DNA of 64,000 nt from an uncultured Acidobacteriota bacterium (lineage in GTDB: Bacteria > Acidobacteriota > Thermoanaerobaculia > Multivoradales > UBA5704): positions 81,266 through 145,265 of the forward strand of contig CAVXIG010000010.1 of NCBI GenBank assembly GCA_963761645.1. The letters are read 5' to 3'. The notes under the pieces were generated by a model. The model was not told the DNA's origin, made no database searches, and saw only the letters and a program-made list of their open reading frames with translations. Both the position numbers and the translations under genes were made by a program. Positions within the stretch are counted from its first letter, which is position 1. Each line of letters opens with the position of its first letter. Positions 52,641 to 62,813 of this stretch are shown one piece after another.

Positions 52641-52986
52641 GGTTCGGCTCCACCTCGACGCCGACACGTCGAGGAAGGCTCTTCATCAGGCACTGATCGA
52701 TCGAGGACACGACGTCACACGGACGTCCTCAGACTGGGTCCAGAAGGACGCCAGTGACGAGATTCAGCTACTTTCCGCCACAGCGCAAGGACGCTGCATC
52801 TTCACCTTCAACATCCGGGACTTCACGGTTCTGTCGAGATCGCATCCACAGCACCGGGGGATCGTGCTGGCGGCGCAAAAGAGCTGGACGCTCTCTGGAT
52901 TGATTGCCGCCTTAGACCGATTTCTCTCGGAAAGCGATACCCGAGACGTGGAAGGCCGCCTGCTCTGGCTGAACTCCTGGCGCTGA
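52633..52986 (+). CDS. DUF5615 family PIN-like protein (toxin-like), second copy
   Basis: MPEVRLHLDADTSRKALHQALIDRGHDVTRTSSDWVQKDASDEIQLLSATAQGRCIFTFNIRDF...; ATGCCTGA start/stop overlap with upstream antitoxin. Confidence 0.6.
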   Translation: MPEVRLHLDADTSRKALHQALIDRGHDVTRTSSDWVQKDASDEIQLLSATAQGRCIFTFNIRDFTVLSRSHPQHRGIVLAAQKSWTLSGLIAALDRFLSESDTRDVEGRLLWLNSWR

Positions 52987-53001
52987 CTCCCCAACTTCCG
53001 A

Positions 53002-54212
53002 CTACTCCACCAGAGCTAATGGAGTCGCGGCCCTCTCCTCCGCCGGCACCGCATACATCCGGAACAGCTCCTCGTACCGGCCAATCGTCACCTCGGCCGA
53101 AAAGTGCCGCTCGATCTCCTCGACCGGCCGGACGAACCGGACGCGGTCGCTCAGGACCTCGACGATCCCCTCGCCCAGGGCCCGCCAGTCGTCGCGCGGC
53201 ACGATCTTTCCCATGCCGGTGAGTTGCACGGGGACCCGGCCGCCCGGGAGTGTCGGTCATCACGACCGGGGTGCCGCAGAGCATGGCCTCGACCTGCACG
53301 AGGGCGAAGCACTCGGTGTCGCTCGGCAGGGCGAGGACGTCGCAGGCGGCATAGAAGTTCGCCATCTCCTGGGTCGAGGGAACAATTCCTAAGGAAGACG
53401 AGCTGATCCCGGAAGCGGTCCACCAGCGGCTGGTGGCGCGGCCAGTAGGACTCATAGGGGATCTCGTGCTGGCCGGCGAAGACGATCCGCGCGCCGGGGA
53501 AGGTGCGGTTGACCACCTCCAGCGAGCGGATCAGCAGGTCCGGCCGCTTCTCCTCGACGAAACGGCCGGCGAAACGATGATCGGGCCGCCGCCGGGGGCC
53601 CAGGCCTGGCGAAGCTCGCGCACTTTCTCGCATCCGGCACCGGCACGTCCACGAACGGCGGGATGACCACCACCTTCTCCAGGTAGGGGCTCAGGTACTC
53701 CGAATGCCGGGCGTAGTCCAGCGTGTGGCAGACGAGCGCCGGAGCCACGTTCGCCAGGGTGCGGTAGAAGGCGAACATCACCGTCGTGATGATCCGGTTG
53801 AGCGCCCCCGCGGGCAGCACCAGGTCGCCGTGATGGGTGACGACGACCCGCTTGCCCGCCGCCCGGGCGGCGAGACCGATCAGGGCCGTCTCCAGCATCG
53901 GCGTGTGGACGCTCACCACGTCGTGCTCCCGGATCAGCCGGGCGAGCGCCCTGGGATACCCGGGCAGGATCATGCCGCGGCTGATGCCGAAGGGGAGCGG
54001 CCAGAGGCGGATCACCCGGACGCCGTTCTCGATCGACTCGCCGAGCGGCGTGTCCGCGGAGTGGCGGGCGCAGAGGACAGTGACCCGGTGGCCGCGCGCC
54101 GCCAGCCCCTCGGCAAGCTGCCGCACGTAGAGCGTCAGGCCCGTCCGGTGCGGCACGTAATAGAGCAGGCAGATCAGGATGCTCGGGCTGACGTCTCGAT
54201 CGTGCTGGGCAT
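53002..54212 (-). CDS. family 4 (GT-B) glycosyltransferase (about 4 frameshifts)
   Basis: Pieces in ORFs 53452..54339 (...ILICLLYYVPHRTGLTLYVRQLAEGLAARGHRVTVL...), 53151..53633 (...FAGRFVEEKRPDLLIRSLEVV...), 52823..53455 (...EMANFYAACDVLALPSDTECFALVQVEAMLCGTPVVMTDTPG... E-x7-E region) and 53002..53229. Confidence 0.65.
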
Positions 54213-54339
54213 GATAAAAGTTATTGCAAGAAACCCGAGGAGCCCGCGGAGGGGGGGGAGCGCTTGAAGAGGAACGCGGCATGCTACCATCCGCCGCGAA
54301 TTCCGGGCAATCGCCGCCAACCGCACCCCTACCCGACAC

Positions 54340-56292
54340 CCATGGTCCACCCCGACTCCCAAGCCGAGCCGAAGCGCTGGATCGGGATCGCCCTCCTCGG
54401 GCTGCTCCTCGTCAGCTTCGCCCTGCGGACCTGGGACGCCAGCCAGGGGCTCAACGCCAGCCGGTACTATGACGAGCGCTTCCCGCTGAAGAACGTCTCC
54501 GGGCTGCTCCTGCACGGCGAGCTCCGCCCCCGGCACGCCTTTTATCTGAGCCTCTCCTACCTGCCCCAGACGGCCGTGCTGGCCGCCAGCCAGTGGCTCT
54601 TCGAAGTCACCCGCTACGAGCCGTTCTCGATCTACAGCGCGACGAGCGACGGCTACTCCCCCACCGCCTACTGGCTCTGCCGGATGATCAACGTGATCTA
54701 CGGGACGCTGAGCCTCTGGCTCCTCTTCCTGATCGGCAGGCGCATCTACTCATCCGGAGTGGGGCTGCTCGCGGCGGCCATCCTGGCGGCGTTCGGCCGC
54801 CACGTGCTGAGCTCGTCGGAGTTCAAGCCGGACATCCTCGTCATCTTCCTGGTGACGCTGACCTTCCTCTGGACCCTCGGCGCCGCCTTCCGCCCCTCGC
54901 TCCGCCGCTTCCTGCTGGTGGGCGTCGGGGTCGGGCTCGGCGTCTCGGCCAAGTACACGGGGATCGCGGGGGCGATCCCGATCACCGCCGCGGTCCTCGC
55001 GGAAGGGCGCCGCGACCGCCGGCAGTGGCTCTGGCTGCTGCTCGCGGGCGTCGCCTCGGTGGTCACCTTCGTGGCGCTCAACCCGTTCCTCGACGTGGTG
55101 TTCGAGTTCATCCCCAAGCTGGTCAACGGCTACGCGGCCAAGGGGGTCGAGGAGCGGAGCAATCACTGGGTGGTGTTCGAGCGGCAGGTGCGGTTCCTGA
55201 TCGAGCAACACGGCCCGATCGTCACCGCGTTCGTGGCCCTCGGCGTTATCTGGCTCGCCGGCGGGCTCCTGTGGAGGATCTTCCGTCCAGCTCTCCGGGG
55301 TTTCTCATGAAGACGGCCGGGAGCGGCGCCTCGGCTCGATCCTCGTCCTCAGCCTGCTCCTCGGCTACTCCGCCCTGCACGCGCTGGGGATGACGCTGTT
55401 CCGCGGCCAGAACTACCTGCCGGTCGTCCCCTTCTCCTCGCTGGTGGCCGCCTGGGCGATGGTGGAGCTCTGGCGAGTCCTGGCGGCCCGCCTCCCCTGG
55501 CTGGCGTGGCGGCCGGTCGCGGCGCTGGCCGGGCTGGCGGTGGGCGCCGCCCTCCTCGCGCAGCAGGGGACGATCGTCTACACCCGCGTGGTGCCCACCA
55601 CGTTCGAGCGGACGAACGACGCGCTGCTCGCCGAGCTCGATCCGGTCGGCCTGCGCCACGTGGTCTACGAGCGGGGGATGGGCGCCTTCGACGCCGGCGG
55701 CAAGCCCCGCCGGCCGCTGCTGACCCCGGTGCCCCGGCTCACCGCTCTCGCGCCGGACTTCCTCGACCGGGCGGACATCGAGATCTTCCCGCAGCGGCGG
55801 CTCCAGGGACCGGACGCCGATTTCTACCGCGCCCGCGTCGCCCGCCTGCGCAAGAAACAGGTCGAGATCGTCGGCGACCTCTGGTTCCGCAGGCGCGGCG
55901 AGCCGCTGGTGATCCTCCGCCACCCCTGGACGCTCGCCCGGGACCCCGTCGATCTCCTGGTCAGGCGTCCGGAGGGGGACCCGCCTTATCTGGTGGGCCG
56001 CCTGCCCGCCGGGATCGCCCGGCCGGGAGAGGCCGTCTCGCTGCTGCTCTGGATCCCCCGCGACTCGGGGGACCGCGAAGCGTACGAGCTGCGGCTCGAT
56101 CCGGGCGGCCAGCCGGTGGCGGTGTTCGACACCGGCCGCCGCCTCAACCGCCTGTTCCGGACCAGCCCGCGCTTCGCGCTGACCGGGACCGAGCTGCGGG
56201 TGCGGGTCCCCTCGACCCCGGTCGACCGCCCGCGGGGCTTCGGCCTGGAGATCTACCCGTGGCGGCCGGGGCCGGCTCCGGCACGGCCTTGA
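54340..56292 (+). CDS. GT-C-fold membrane glycosyltransferase (family 39/ArnT/PMT-like) with C-terminal soluble domain (frameshift around 55300)
   Basis: ORF 54264..55310 (about 10 TM helices; ...RYYDERFPL... first-loop acidic motif) continues in ORF 55390..56292 (...LGMTLFRGQNYLPVVPFSSLVAAWAM...). Confidence 0.6.
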
Positions 56293-57566
56293 AGGCGTCG
56301 AAGCCGCGCCGGCTCTCCGCCGCCGGCCTGCTCGGGGGGAGCGCCCTCCTCCTCGTCACGCTCAATCTGGCGAGCGCCCTCCACTTCGCCTTCCATGTCG
56401 CCATGGCGCGCCTCCTCGGCCCCGCCGGCTATGGGGCGATCGCGGCGCTGCTCGCCATTCTCTACGTGCTGAACGTCTTCGCCGAGTCGGTGGCTACCGT
56501 GCTCGCCCGCTACACCGCGCACGAGCCCGATCCGGGACGGCTGCACGACCTCCTCCGCCGGGGGCTGCGCAAGGGGGGCCGGGCGACGCTGGCGCTGGCC
56601 GCGCTCTACCTGACGGCGGCGGTGCCGCTCGGGCGCTGGCTGCGCATCCCCTATCCGCTGATGGCCCTGTTCGGCCTGTCGCTGGCCGGCGTCGGGCTGC
56701 TGCCGGTGCACCGCGGGGCGCTCCAGGGGTGGAAGCGCTTCGGCGGTCTCGGGCTCAACATGATCTGGGAGGTGCTGGCCAAGCTCGCGATCGGCATCGG
56801 GCTGGTCTGGATCGGTTTCGGAGAGTACGGCGCGGTGGCCGGAATCGCCCTCAGCCTCTGCTTCGCCTTCGCCGTCTCCTATCTCCCGTTGCGCGACGTC
56901 TACCGCACTCCCGCGACGCCGGCCGAGGCGCCGGACATCTACCGCTACAGCCTGCCGGTGTTCGCGGTGACGGCCACGGTGATGGGCTTCTACAGCCTCG
57001 ACGTCCTGCTCGCGCGGGCGTTCTTCCCCGATGCGGTGGCGGGTGGGTACGCGGTGGCCTCGTTCCTCGGCAAGTCGATCCTGCTCGGCACGGCGGCGGT
57101 CACCAAGGCGGCGTTCCCGCACTCGGCGGCAGCGGCGCGGAGCGGCCGGTCGCGGCACGTCCTCGCCGGCACCCTGGGGCTGCTCGCCCTCTGCGTGACG
57201 CCGGTGATCGCCGTTTTCGGACTCTTTCCGGAGCCGCTGATGCGGGCGGTGGGCGGCCGGGGCTACCAGGGGGCGGCGGAGCTCGTGCTGCCGCTGGGGA
57301 TCGCGATGGCGCTGATGTCGTTCAGCAACGCCTTCCTGCTCTACCGGCTCTCCACCGGCCGGCTGCGCTTCTGGGGGGTGCTTTCCTTGCTGATTCCCAT
57401 CGAGGCGGCGGCTTTGACGCTGTTTCGTGGCTCGACGGTGGAATTCGCCTGGACGGTGGCGGCGATGAACGGGGTGTTCCTGCTGGTCGCTGCGGGGGTC
57501 GCCGTCCTCAGTTCCCCCCCGCCACATACCCCAGCGCCTTCAGATCTTCCTCTTCCTTCGGCGTGA
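56289..57566 (+). CDS. second MOP-superfamily flippase-like membrane protein
   Basis: TTG start in TTGA overlap with previous stop; ...FHVAMARLLGPAGYGAIAALLAILYVL... N-terminal MOP signature; about 12 TM helices; real part of ORF 55506..57566. Confidence 0.55.
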   Translation: MKASKPRRLSAAGLLGGSALLLVTLNLASALHFAFHVAMARLLGPAGYGAIAALLAILYVLNVFAESVATVLARYTAHEPDPGRLHDLLRRGLRKGGRATLALAALYLTAAVPLGRWLRIPYPLMALFGLSLAGVGLLPVHRGALQGWKRFGGLGLNMIWEVLAKLAIGIGLVWIGFGEYGAVAGIALSLCFAFAVSYLPLRDVYRTPATPAEAPDIYRYSLPVFAVTATVMGFYSLDVLLARAFFPDAVAGGYAVASFLGKSILLGTAAVTKAAFPHSAAAARSGRSRHVLAGTLGLLALCVTPVIAVFGLFPEPLMRAVGGRGYQGAAELVLPLGIAMALMSFSNAFLLYRLSTGRLRFWGVLSLLIPIEAAALTLFRGSTVEFAWTVAAMNGVFLLVAAGVAVLSSPPPHTPAPSDLPLPSA

Positions 57567-58962
57567 GCTTGGGCTGGTGGCCCGTGGAACGGCCCGGCGG
57601 CACCTCGGAGCCGTTGGCGGCCAGCCAGGCGTTCTTGAGCCGCCGGGCCATGCGGTTGACCTCGCGCGGATCGTTCACCGGCTGGACGCTCCCTCCACTC
57701 CAGCGCACCAGGGTGAGCCGCGGCGGATCGCCGCGCCGGCCGGAGAGCGGCAGAACGCTCCCGAACGCCTTCTCCAGCCGGCCGAAGATCGCCTGCACCG
57801 GCTCGGCCAGCGGCGGCTCGGGGGTGCCGCCGATCCCCGCGTAGCGCGCCCGGTAGTAGTCCGGCTCGGGAGGCGCGAAACGGCTCTCCCAGAGGAGCTG
57901 GAGGTCGCCGTCGACCAGCGAGAAGCGGTTGACGCCGTCGCCCAGGTAGAGCTCGGAGAGCGCTCCCTTGTCGAACGGCTGGAAGAGGCTGGGCGCCACG
58001 CCGGGCTCCGGCTTGCCGCCGGCGGCCTCGATCAGCGTCGGCGCCACCCGCACGTTGGCGACGTGGCTGGCCGGCATCGCGAGCTTGCGCTGGAAGCCCG
58101 CCGGCAGCTTGACCACCAGCGGCACCTCGACCAGCACGTGCCCGAGATTGCCGCCGTGGGCGATCTGGCCGTTCTCGCCGAACTCCTCGCCATGGTCGGA
58201 GGTGACGACGAGGAGGGTCTTGTCCCACTGGCCGCTCTTTTTCAGCGCGGCCAGCAGCCGGGAGAGCACCTGGTCGGCGTAGGCGGCGTTGAGCCGGTAC
58301 ATGGCCCGGAAGACCCGCTCCTGATCGGCCGGCAGCTTCACCGCCGGGTCGTAGTAGGGCTCGAGGTCGAGCGGGCGCACCTGCTTCGGGAGATCGGGCG
58401 GGATCTCGTCGAGCCGGTCGAGGAGAAAGTCGCGGCGGACGTACGGCGCGTGCGGCGCCAGGATGTGGATCCAGACGAAGTCCCGCCCCCCTTTGAGCTC
58501 CTCCAGGTAGCGCTCGGCCCGCTTCCCTTCTTTCAGATAGCGGAAGTCGTCGAACCCCTGGGAGTAGCCGAACTGCGACTCCAGCCAGTGGTTGGAGCGG
58601 AAGGCGGCGGTGCGGTACCCCGCGTGCTTCAGCGCCTCCGGGAGGGTGACGAAGCGGTCGTCGAGCACCGAGCGGTCGCTCGCCCAGCTCCGCGACCGCC
58701 AGGGCTGGAAGCCGGTGAAGATCGAGGCCATCGACGGCACCGTCCAGCTCGACGGCGAGATCGCCCGGCCGGCCCAGGTCGCCTCCCGGGCGAAACCGGA
58801 GAGCGCTGGCATCACTTTGGCAGGTCCGCCGAGGGCGCCGACGGTGTCCGCCCGCAGGGCGTCGATGGTGATCAGCACGATCGGGCCGCGATGGACCGGC
58901 ACCTCGGGAGCCCGGGAGCAGCCGAGAGCCAGGGCGCAGAGCGCGATCGTAGAGAGTAGGCG
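57508..58962 (-). CDS. sulfatase-like hydrolase/transferase lipoprotein (alkaline-phosphatase superfamily; no CxPxR)
   Basis: Lipobox ...ALALGCS; ...IVLITIDALRADTVG...; site corresponding to sulfatase CSPSRASLLTG reads WTVPSMASIFTG; ...VVTSDHGEEFGENGQIAHGGNLGHVLVEVPLVVKLP. Confidence 0.65.
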   Translation of the reverse strand, partial: RLLSTIALCALALGCSRAPEVPVHRGPIVLITIDALRADTVGALGGPAKVMPALSGFAREATWAGRAISPSSWTVPSMASIFTGFQPWRSRSWASDRSVLDDRFVTLPEALKHAGYRTAAFRSNHWLESQFGYSQGFDDFRYLKEGKRAERYLEELKGGRDFVWIHILAPHAPYVRRDFLLDRLDEIPPDLPKQVRPLDLEPYYDPAVKLPADQERVFRAMYRLNAAYADQVLSRLLAALKKSGQWDKTLLVVTSDHGEEFGENGQIAHGGNLGHVLVEVPLVVKLPAGFQRKLAMPASHVANVRVAPTLIEAAGGKPEPGVAPSLFQPFDKGALSELYLGDGVNRFSLVDGDLQLLWESRFAPPEPDYYRARYAGIGGTPEPPLAEPVQAIFGRLEKAFGSVLPLSGRRGDPPRLTLVRWSGGSVQPVNDPREVNRMARRLKNAWLAANGSEVPPGRSTGHQPKLTPKEEEDLKALGYVAGGN

Positions 58963-59037
58963 GTAGCAGTTTCTTGAGGACAAGACGAAATTTCTCCACT
59001 CCGGCGAGGGTTCCGGAACTGCGGTAGGATACCTTAC

Positions 59038-60077
59038 GTGCGTACACCACCCGTCCGCTTGTTCAGGGGGATCTTCACCGGCTTCCTCCTTTGCTCCGCC
59101 GTCGCCGCCTTCGGCCAGGACGAGCCTGTCCAGGCGTTTCGTACCCTCAGCGGTCGATGAGGCCCTGACGCTGCTCGCCGCGGCGGGCGGCGCCCGGATC
59201 GAGCTGCCGGGAGGGCGCGCGGTGCAGGTGGCCCTGCCGGAGCGCGCCGAGCTCACCGCCCTGGCGGCGATCGACGGCGGCTGGGTGGCCGCCGGAACCG
59301 TGCGGGACGCGAGCGGCCGCCAGCGTCTGTTCCTGCTGCGCGGCAACGACCGCGCCTCCCGGCCGCTGGCCGAGCCCCCCGGGCAGGAGGGGCGGCAGCG
59401 GCGCGGACGCGGTGTTCCTGGTGGACGGCGGCCGGCTCGCCGGCCTCGCCTGGCTCGAAGGGGAGGACGACCGCTCCCTCTCCGTGCGCTCCGCCCTCTG
59501 GAATGGCCAGCGCTGGCAGGCCCCCGAGCGCGTCTCCTTCCCGGGTCCGGGGAGCCAGGTCGCGCTCGCCGGCGCCGTGCTGACCGACGGCTCCTGGCTG
59601 CTCGCCTGGAGCGCCTTCGACGGCGAGGACGACGAGATCGTCTGGGCCCGCCGCGCGGGCAACGCCTGGCAGCCGGTGAAGCGCCTCTCGCCCGGCAACT
59701 CCGTGCCCGACATCACCCCCGCTCTCACCGCCACCGCGGACGGCGGCGCCCTGATCGCCTGGAACCACTTCGACGGCAAGAGCTACGAGCTGCGGATGGC
59801 CCGCTTCAAGGGCGAAGGCTGGCGCGACGAGCGCGCGGCCGCTCCCGCCGGCTCGCTCTTCCCGAAGTTCCTCGGCGGCTCGCGCCTGCTCTACGTCAAC
59901 GCCGTGCCCCACGGCTGGACGGTGCTCGACCTCGACGCCGCGGGGCGCGTGAAGGCGCGGGCGACGGTCGCCTCCCCGCTGGACCGCCCCGTGGTCAGCT
60001 TCGAGGGGAGCACGGTCCGGATGCGCTGGCCCGCCGAGAAGCGGCAGGCTTCGGCTTCCCTGGAAAGAATGCCGTGA
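59038..60077 (+). CDS. secreted hypothetical protein with repeated LxAW..FDG units (frameshifts around 59145 and 59400)
   Basis: GTG start; signal peptide MRTPPVRLFRGIFTGFLLCSAVAAFGQ; ...LLAWSAFDGEDDEIVWARRAGNAWQ...LIAWNHFDGKSYELRMARFKGEGW... Confidence 0.45.
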
Positions 60078-61257
60078 GATTGCACCGCCTCGCGTCCGCC
60101 GCCGCCGTCCTCCTGGGCTCCGTGGTGGGGTTGCCCCTCGCCGCGCAGACGACCGGGAAGACCTATATCGCCTTCGGCGACAGCATCACCGCCGGGATCG
60201 GGGACGATACGACGCGGACCGAAACCGGCTATCCGCCGCGCCTGCAGGTCGCTCCTCCAGGCGGCCGGCGTGAACGCCACGGTCAAGAACTTCGGAGTCC
60301 CCGGCGAGAAGACCCCGATGGGGATCGCCCGCATCGACTGCGGTCCTCGCCACGGGCAAGCTCGGCGACGTGCTGATCCTGATGGAGGGGACGAACAACA
60401 TCAACCGGGACATCTCCCTCGAGACCACCATCGGCGATCTCGATACGATGGCCGGCAAAGCCGAAGCGCTCGGCATGGGCGTGATCCACGCCACGGTCAT
60501 CCCCCGCCCGCCCGATGCCAAGGTCGACGGCGACAACCTGCTGACCGAGCAGCTCAACGGGCGCATCCGCAACCTCGCGGGCTTCCGCGGACGGCGCGAG
60601 GCCGACCCCAACGAGGTCTTCCGCAACCTGCCGAACCTCTTCGGCAGCTTCTACAGCAAGGACCCGGACGACCACGTGGGCCACCCCAACGCCGCGGGGT
60701 ACGACATCCTCGCGCGGCTCTTCTTCAACGTCATCCAGGGGATCGACACCGTCTCCCCCGTCCCCGGCACCCTCAGCCCGGTGAACGGCGCCACCAAGGT
60801 CAAGCCCGACGAGACGATCCTGGTGAACGTCTGGGACTTCGGCCTCGGCATCGACCTCGCGAACACCTTCCTGCTGGTCAACGGCCAGCAGGTCGCGGCC
60901 GTTCCGCAGGGGACGGCGATGCATGCCACGCTCACCTATCAGTCCCCGGCTCCCCTCAGCGGCACCGTGAACGTATCGCTCCGGTCGCGCGACCTCGCCA
61001 CGCCGCCCAACACGATCGATCGCGTGATCTCCCGCTTCACGATCCAGGGGGCGGCCAACGCTCTCCAGGGGGACATCAATCAGGATGGCCGGGTGGACGG
61101 CGCCGACCTCATCACCTTCGGCCTCCACTTCGGCTCCCTGCGCGGCGACACCCACTACAACGCCACGGCCGATTTCAACGACGACGGCCGGATCGACGGC
61201 CTCGACCTCGCGATCCTGTCGGCGAACTTCGGGCAGTCGAAGCCGGCGGGGACGTAA
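60075..61257 (+). CDS. SGNH/GDSL hydrolase with C-terminal dockerin-like repeats (frameshifts around 60245 and 60365)
   Basis: GTG start in GTGA overlap; signal peptide; block I YIAFGDSITAG; ...ILMEGTNNI... (block III); ...HPNAAGY... (block V His); C-terminal DINQDGRVDGADLITF...DFNDDGRIDGLDLAILSANFG Ca-binding dockerin repeats. Confidence 0.65.
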
Positions 61258-61269
61258 TCCTGCCCGCCC

Positions 61270-62737
61270 CTAGTTCACGTACCCGAGCGCCTTCAGAGCG
61301 CGCTCCGTCTCCCCGTTCACCTCTTCCTCCTCGCCGCTGGCGCGGGCCTTCCGCATCCATTCGACCAGGACGCGCTTCAGCCGGCGCACCTCGTCGGTAT
61401 GGGTGGCGGCGAGGTTGTTCGTCTCCAGGGGGTCCGCCTTCAGATCGTAGAGCTCGAAGCCGCCGGTGGGCGAGTCGGCGGCGCGGGAGTGCTTGCCGCC
61501 CGAGTTGAAGACCAGCTTCCAGGTGCCCTCCTGGACGCTGTGGTAGAGGTTCGGATGGTGCCCGGCCTCCGAGAACGCCTGGCGGAAGGGATCGGCCCCC
61601 GTCGCCGGGTCCGATCCCTCGTCCCTGATCAGCGGCCAGAGGCTGTGCCCCTCGATGCCGGGGATCTGGCGGTCCGGCGCGATGGCGTCCCGCAGGGTCG
61701 GATAGAGGTCGACCAGCTCCACCGGCCGGTCGATCCGTTTCCGCCGGCCGTCACAGGCCGTTCATCACGAAGAACAGCGGCACGTGGGCCGTGGTGTTGT
61801 ACGGCAGCGGCCCGTGCTCGAACCAGGAGTTGTGCTCCCCCAGCTCCTCGCCATGGTCGGCGGCGAAGACGATCAGGCTGTCCTCGAGCAGCCCGAGCGA
61901 GCGCATCTCGTCGAGCAGCTTCTGGATGTGCTGATCGGCCACCAGGACGTTGGCGTCGTACTGGGCCACGTAGTACTTGAGATCGGTGTGCCCCTCGAGG
62001 GTGTACCCCTTGGCGACGATCCGCGCCGGGATCGGACGGTCGCCGGGGCCCTGGAAGACGGCGTCGCCCAGGAACGGGTTCTTCTCCCCCTCCGGCAGGA
62101 TGTAGGGCGCGTGCGGGTCCGAGTAGTGGATCCAGGCGAAGAGGCGGTCCGCCTTGGCGTACTTGCGGAGCAGCGGCAGGGCGAGCTCGTTCACCTTGGG
62201 AGCGCTCGCCAGCGGCCGGAACCGCTTGGGCTCGTCCGGAAACTCGCCGCCCCCCCAGGTCTCCTGGAACTCGTCGAAGCCGGTGTTCCAGCCGAGATTG
62301 GCCCCGAGCACGGCGTTCGAGACCACGCCGAAGGTCTGGTAGCCCTGCTCCTTGAAGAGCTCCGGCAGCGTCAGGTACGGGTCCGGGATGCGCAGGGCCG
62401 CCCGGTGGGTGAGGCCGGTGGTGTGCGGATAGAGCCCGGTGAACATCGCCGCGAACGAGCTCCCCGTCTTCGGCCACTGGGTGATCGCGTGATCGAAGGT
62501 CACCCCGGTCGCCGCCAGCTTCTGGAGATTCGGCGTGGTGGCGCGCGGATACCCGTACAGGCTCATGTGATCGGCCCGCAGGGTATCCACCGTGATGAAG
62601 AACACCCGCCGGGGCGCGTGAAAGCCGGCGGCCGGCGCGGCGGCGGCGCTCTCCGCCCCCTCCTTGCCACGGCAGCCGGCGAGCGCGAAAGAAGGACGAG
62701 GAGAATCCAGAGAGTTTTCGTGGACTTGAAGGGCAAG
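61270..62737 (-). CDS. sulfatase-like hydrolase/transferase lipoprotein 2 (no CxPxR; frameshifts around 61740 and 62690)
   Basis: ATG about 62737 MTLPFKSTKTLWILLVLL...FALAGC lipobox (after frame switch) ...VFFITVDTLRADHMSLYGY...KTGSSFAAMFTG...; C-terminal part in ORF 61270..61722. Confidence 0.65.
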
Positions 62738-62813
62738 GTCATCTCCAGCGGACGGGAGATGCTACTACAGGGCCGAGCCGTCCGCCTCAACGTGCCACAA
62801 TGTCCCGCTCGCC

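Noticed and set aside
57341-59050. 569-aa minus ORF
   Set aside because: Alternate frame of the sulfatase-like gene (57508..58962) with Arg/Pro/Gly-rich low-complexity product.
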